From the sequence record SRR20825019_3094: a DNA stretch of 20,000 bases; one strand, written 5' to 3'. The notes beneath the pieces were generated by a model. The model made no database searches and was not told the DNA's origin. It saw only the letters and a list, made by a program, of their open reading frames with translations. A program made the position numbers and the translations under genes. Below, in pieces: positions 17,501-20,000 of the stretch (positions are counted from its first letter, which is position 1; every line of letters begins with the position of its first letter).

Positions 17501-18791
17501 AATCATTCTCACATACTGTGCTGTTACAGGTGTCTCCTCCAAAACCATATTCACAGAAGCATTGTCCCCACATGCACTGCCCATGAGATGAACAGGTGGG
17601 ATCGACGCAAGAGGCTACTTGTGAACAATCAATCCCCCTAAACTCCGGTTTGCAGTGGCACGTTCCTCCCCAGCACGCGCCATTATTGGGACCACTGCAG
17701 TCGTTTGGGCACAGAACGACATCACAGGCGTTGCCAGAATATCCATCGTCACAATGGCACAAACCGTCGCTGACACAAACGCCGTGCCCTCCACAGTTGC
17801 TTGGACACTTCGCCTTTCGGGAACAATCCCTTCCGCCGTATCCTGCCGCGCACAGACACTCGCCATTCTCCCGGCACACACCATTGTTCGAGCAGTCATT
17901 AATGCAAGCAACGGATTCACAGAACGCTCCCCGGAACCCATGTTCGCATATGCACATGCTGTTATGGCACACACCGTGACCAGAGCAGTGTGAACCGCAG
18001 TCACTAGTAATTGGTCGCTCACAGTTAAAACCTCCCCAGCCCTCTACACAAGAGCAGTGGCCTTGCACGCAGCTACCATGCCCGGAGCAACCACCCGAGC
18101 ATTCCAGAAGGGTGCAAGTGGCCCCAGAGTAACCTGGCTGACAAACACAGCCATGAGAAGTGCATGTTCCAAACTCCCCGCACCCCTCCGCAGGGCATGC
18201 ATCTAAAGAGCAGTCCACACCAGCCCAACCAGACTCGCAATCACAGCTGTGAGTCACAGCATTACAGTCACCGTGCCCGCTGCATTCATTAGGACAAAGT
18301 AACAGGTTGCAAAGAGAGCCTGTCCATCCTTGATCGCAGTAACACTGCCCCCCCACACAAATTCCATGGGCCAAACACTCTGTTGGGCACGCAGACCCGG
18401 GCTCTTGAGTTATTGAGTGTGGTGTCGCAACCGGAAGTACGATAGGGGCATCCTCTGTCACAGATTCCGTGGGTGCTATCTCGTGAGGTCTTTCTTCCAT
18501 ATTGGCTATAGAGTTTAGCATGGTTGCCTGACTGTGAACTCGTTCCTTCTTATTCTTCTTTGGTTCTCCGGCCCATCCTTTCTCAAGACCGTGAACAGCT
18601 GCGGTATGCGAGTGTTCCGCCTTCGAAATATGCCGCTTAGAAGGATTGGAGTGCCTCACCAGCGTGGCCTCTGATACGACCAGCTTGGTCATCGACTCCT
18701 CATGACTATTGGTGGACTGACCAATGACGATGAGTGACAACAAAACCAGAATCACCCCGGCCACGCCAGAATAGACTGAAGACGCCGCCAT
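14532..18791 (-). CDS. Secreted tenascin-type EGF-repeat protein (36 EGF-like repeats), intronless, ~1419 aa
   Basis: The first ATG is at 18791 (the track start at 18824 is TTG) and is followed by a signal-peptide-like hydrophobic stretch (GVAGVILVLLSLIVIG). Repeats follow C-x3-C-SGHG-x-C-x4-C-x-C-x2-G[FYW]xGxDC, with 10 in 18389-17433 and 26 in 17105-14580. No C-terminal TM helix, FNIII domain or fibrinogen domain is visible. Confidence 0.93.
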   Translation of the reverse strand: MAASSVYSGVAGVILVLLSLIVIGQSTNSHEESMTKLVVSEATLVRHSNPSKRHISKAEHSHTAAVHGLEKGWAGEPKKNKKERVHSQATMLNSIANMEERPHEIAPTESVTEDAPIVLPVATPHSITQEPGSACPTECLAHGICVGGQCYCDQGWTGSLCNLLLCPNECSGHGDCNAVTHSCDCESGWAGVDCSLDACPAEGCGEFGTCTSHGCVCQPGYSGATCTLLECSGGCSGHGSCVQGHCSCVEGWGGFNCERPITSDCGSHCSGHGVCHNSMCICEHGFRGAFCESVACINDCSNNGVCRENGECLCAAGYGGRDCSRKAKCPSNCGGHGVCVSDGLCHCDDGYSGNACDVVLCPNDCSGPNNGACWGGTCHCKPEFRGIDCSQVASCVDPTCSSHGQCMWGQCFCEYGFGGDTCNSTVCENDCSGNGLCRDTKCKCNDGFGGVDCYDTQQTVISQPSTDGKGKVVAVEMLPSQVQSRTCVFSCAWAHPHDTVAADLCSKNCVRTARANKWPILPGGFSWMHGMEIANKTCVSMCALHHMEDPKATKVCIEDCLVCSNNCSGHGECNKGSCECERGFVGPTCSDQVCTPACSYRGVCVNGKCECEEGFTGNDCSVPIPCPADCSQKGFCYRGRCHCYPGYKGQQCQLETCPHECYFNGFCDLGGTCHCFRGFSGADCGVKDCPSDCNGHGTCVDSVCHCHDGYFGEDCWAIADLCRGNCSGHGQCVDPGVCHCEEGYEGDDCEILVNLCRNECSQHGDCIDGVCHCEDGFQGDDCAIRADLCRKNCSDHGTCVDGVCHCEEGFEGDDCEVMVDLCRNNCSGHGACHEGVCHCVEGFEGDDCATLADLCRTNCSGHGLCQGRVCHCFAGFEGDDCRVQVNLCRRGCSGHGHCIRGVCHCKDGYQGDDCATMSNLCRNNCSGHGDCYRGVCHCNNGYEGDDCKVLANLCRNDCSGHGRCNQGVCHCIRGFEGDDCSVLEDECRNNCSGHGLCRAGVCHCIQGYVGADCMMLSNLCRNNCSGNGVCDNGVCHCKDGYTSADCSVEANLCRNNCHGHGKCDRGVCYCMDGFTGTDCFSEVRACRNNCSGHGQCVGGICYCEDGFTGSDCWKEASLCRNNCTGHGACHNGICHCVEGYTGASCATLADLCRKNCSGHGVCTDGICECHSGYTGASCSVLSDLCRSNCHGHGKCVEGVCHCHVGYTGADCWTRVNLCRNRCSGHGTCVSGECECDEGFEGDDCSKRLCLHGCMGHGKCLEDGICQCYAGFTGTDCGGEVCMNKCSNRGKCLDGVCVCEPGFGGHDCSVHNCLHGCTGRGTCVDGICHCSKGYYGADCGKVACPGGEDNPCSGHGTCTLGECSCFNGWAGLDCASEFCPNDCSGHGHCHFGQCTCDSAWTGDNCGTLIAGNLRKETAAK
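15057..16643 (-). repeat. Homogeneous 99-nt (33-aa) tandem sub-array of 16 EGF units (consensus xxxNLCRNNCSGHGxCxxGVCHCxxGFxGDDCx)
   Basis: 1587 nt = 16 x 33 aa + 1 aa. At DNA level gcagtcgtc/gcaatcatcgccctcaaacc and gcagttgttgcggca recur at ~99-nt spacing on the + strand. Confidence 0.9.
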
Positions 18792-19424
18792 AGCCTTTCG
18801 TACTATCACGTATGAGTTTCTCAACTAGAGAGCGTACCGCATAACCTTCACCCCAGTGGGCTGTGTTGCTCTCTTTCGTCCTGCTGGAGGACATATGGGC
18901 GTGAACCACATATTTGTGCGAAGGAACTAGGGGAAGACTGCTTTTGCCGCCCTCGATATTGGATGAGACCTTCGAGACGAGAAAGAGTTGGTTCATAGGG
19001 CCGTGAAGAACGTAAGATCGACGGTCGAATGTCGAGGCAACGGGCCCTCGTGGCGAAACTGAGCCCACGGCTCGTCGTCGCGTAGGATAAACCGCAAAGG
19101 TGAGACTGACCACTGCCGTGAGCAATGACCACGGGGGCCGAATCGGACACGGCAAGTGTCAGTGGCTCCTAACGTTGGAAGATACGCAAGATTTTGCTAG
19201 AGGGTGGCCTACAAATGCCAGTTATATTTAAGTATCAACCGCTAGATGGTCTATTCTATTTTTAGGACAAATCATTGAAAGGATAAGGATTGAGAGTTTA
19301 TTTTGTTCGTTGGCTCCACACCGGCAAAGCCGCAAGGGGCTAGCAATATGCGAGGAAAGCACCCTGCCCACGACTGAACCAAGCCTGAAGAGGGAAGGAA
19401 AGACTGCCATTGGAACTCAGTATT

Positions 19425-20000
19425 CTACAAGTCATCATCCTCATTGTTTTCTCTAGCCGGGTTCATTACCATCTCCATCTGGCGGTCTGCTTCCTCTAGA
19501 TTCTCCTCATGTTTTCGGGCAATGGTTTCTGCGAGTTTGTGGCTCTTGAGAACTTCTCTCTTTTTCTTCGCCTTAACAATCTTGTAATGAATGCAACCAA
19601 TTGTGAAGGTGAGGCCAATGCAGGCCATAGTAACCGAGGCGCAAGTCACAGTCGTCGCAATAATAGTAACGCCAAAGAGCTCCCAGAATGTTACTTCGTT
19701 TGAAATTCCAACAGTGGTTGCTACATCCACAGATGCAGACTGTTCCACTGCACCCGTTGGAATGCGCACACGAATTTCTTCGCTTGACGTAATGTGATAG
19801 GAAGATGAGCCGGGAATAGTGATAGTCACCACCGTGTCAGAAGTTCGTACCACGGTCTCTTGGCGGATGTTCTTCGCAATCAAACTATTGAATCCATTCT
19901 CTTCTTGTTGGAGAGATTCGATACCATCAATTATATTTCCACGCTGGGCATTGAAAAGGTAGCGAGTTTCATCAGTCCCTCCGACCCATGTAGTACCAGC
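19425..20000 (-). CDS. 3' part of a single-pass (type I-like) membrane protein, truncated by the window edge
   Basis: The frame is open from 20000 to the TAG at 19427-19425 (AGTTWVGGTDETRYLFNAQRGNIIDGIESLQQEENGFNSLIAK...). A beta-rich VVRTSDTVVTITIP segment is followed by a hydrophobic stretch (FGVTIIATTVTCASVTMACIGLTFTIGCI), a basic stop-transfer motif KIVKAKKKR and a charged, helical-looking tail. Confidence 0.85.
   Translation of the reverse strand, partial: AGTTWVGGTDETRYLFNAQRGNIIDGIESLQQEENGFNSLIAKNIRQETVVRTSDTVVTITIPGSSSYHITSSEEIRVRIPTGAVEQSASVDVATTVGISNEVTFWELFGVTIIATTVTCASVTMACIGLTFTIGCIHYKIVKAKKKREVLKSHKLAETIARKHEENLEEADRQMEMVMNPARENNEDDDL

Noticed and set aside
14730-18022. Long alternative-frame and antisense ORFs (Ala/Thr/Val/Met-rich, up to 298 aa) over the EGF gene
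   Set aside because: They are by-products of the Cys/Gly/His codon repeat, which suppresses stops in other frames.
175-19163. Recurrent TCAGT/ACTGA (Inr-like) words in intergenic blocks (175, 357, 813, 831, 4911, 5004, 19058, 19105, 19159)
   Set aside because: A 5-mer at this frequency is close to chance expectation and cannot be called without TSS data.
1080-19272. Shared 11-mer TTAGGACAAAT at 1080-1090 and 19262-19272
   Set aside because: Many 11-mer matches are expected by chance in 20 kb, and the two copies have different orientation and position relative to their genes.

Overview
This is a gene-dense, intron-containing eukaryotic (probably protist) genomic segment, not prokaryotic DNA. 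All ten inferred introns are GT-AG and 46-63 nt long, and most have a CTRAY-like branch point, so several ORFs in the track are exons of the same gene. It holds five protein-coding genes. (1) A 7-exon cofactor-independent phosphoglycerate mutase (1118-2947, +). (2) A convergent 4-exon METTL21/Methyltransf_16-type protein methyltransferase with a long, unassigned Cys-rich N-terminal half (2963 to about 4910, -). (3) A ~2,863-aa putative chromatin reader (5822-14469, +) with a PHIP/BRWD-type cryptic-Tudor region, 16 recognisable bromodomains plus one degenerate copy, and AT-hook-like GRP motifs, but no WD40 propeller or catalytic domain; four of its bromodomains have His in place of the acetyl-lysine-binding Asn. 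(4) An intronless, probably secreted protein with 36 tenascin-type EGF repeats interrupted by a duplicated twin-CX3C module (14532-18791, -). (5) The 3' end of a single-pass membrane protein (19425 to beyond 20000, -). Gene starts are preceded by GC/CpG-rich blocks next to AT-rich cores, and convergent gene ends are only 15 and 62 nt apart. The multi-bromodomain protein is the strongest candidate for something undescribed.
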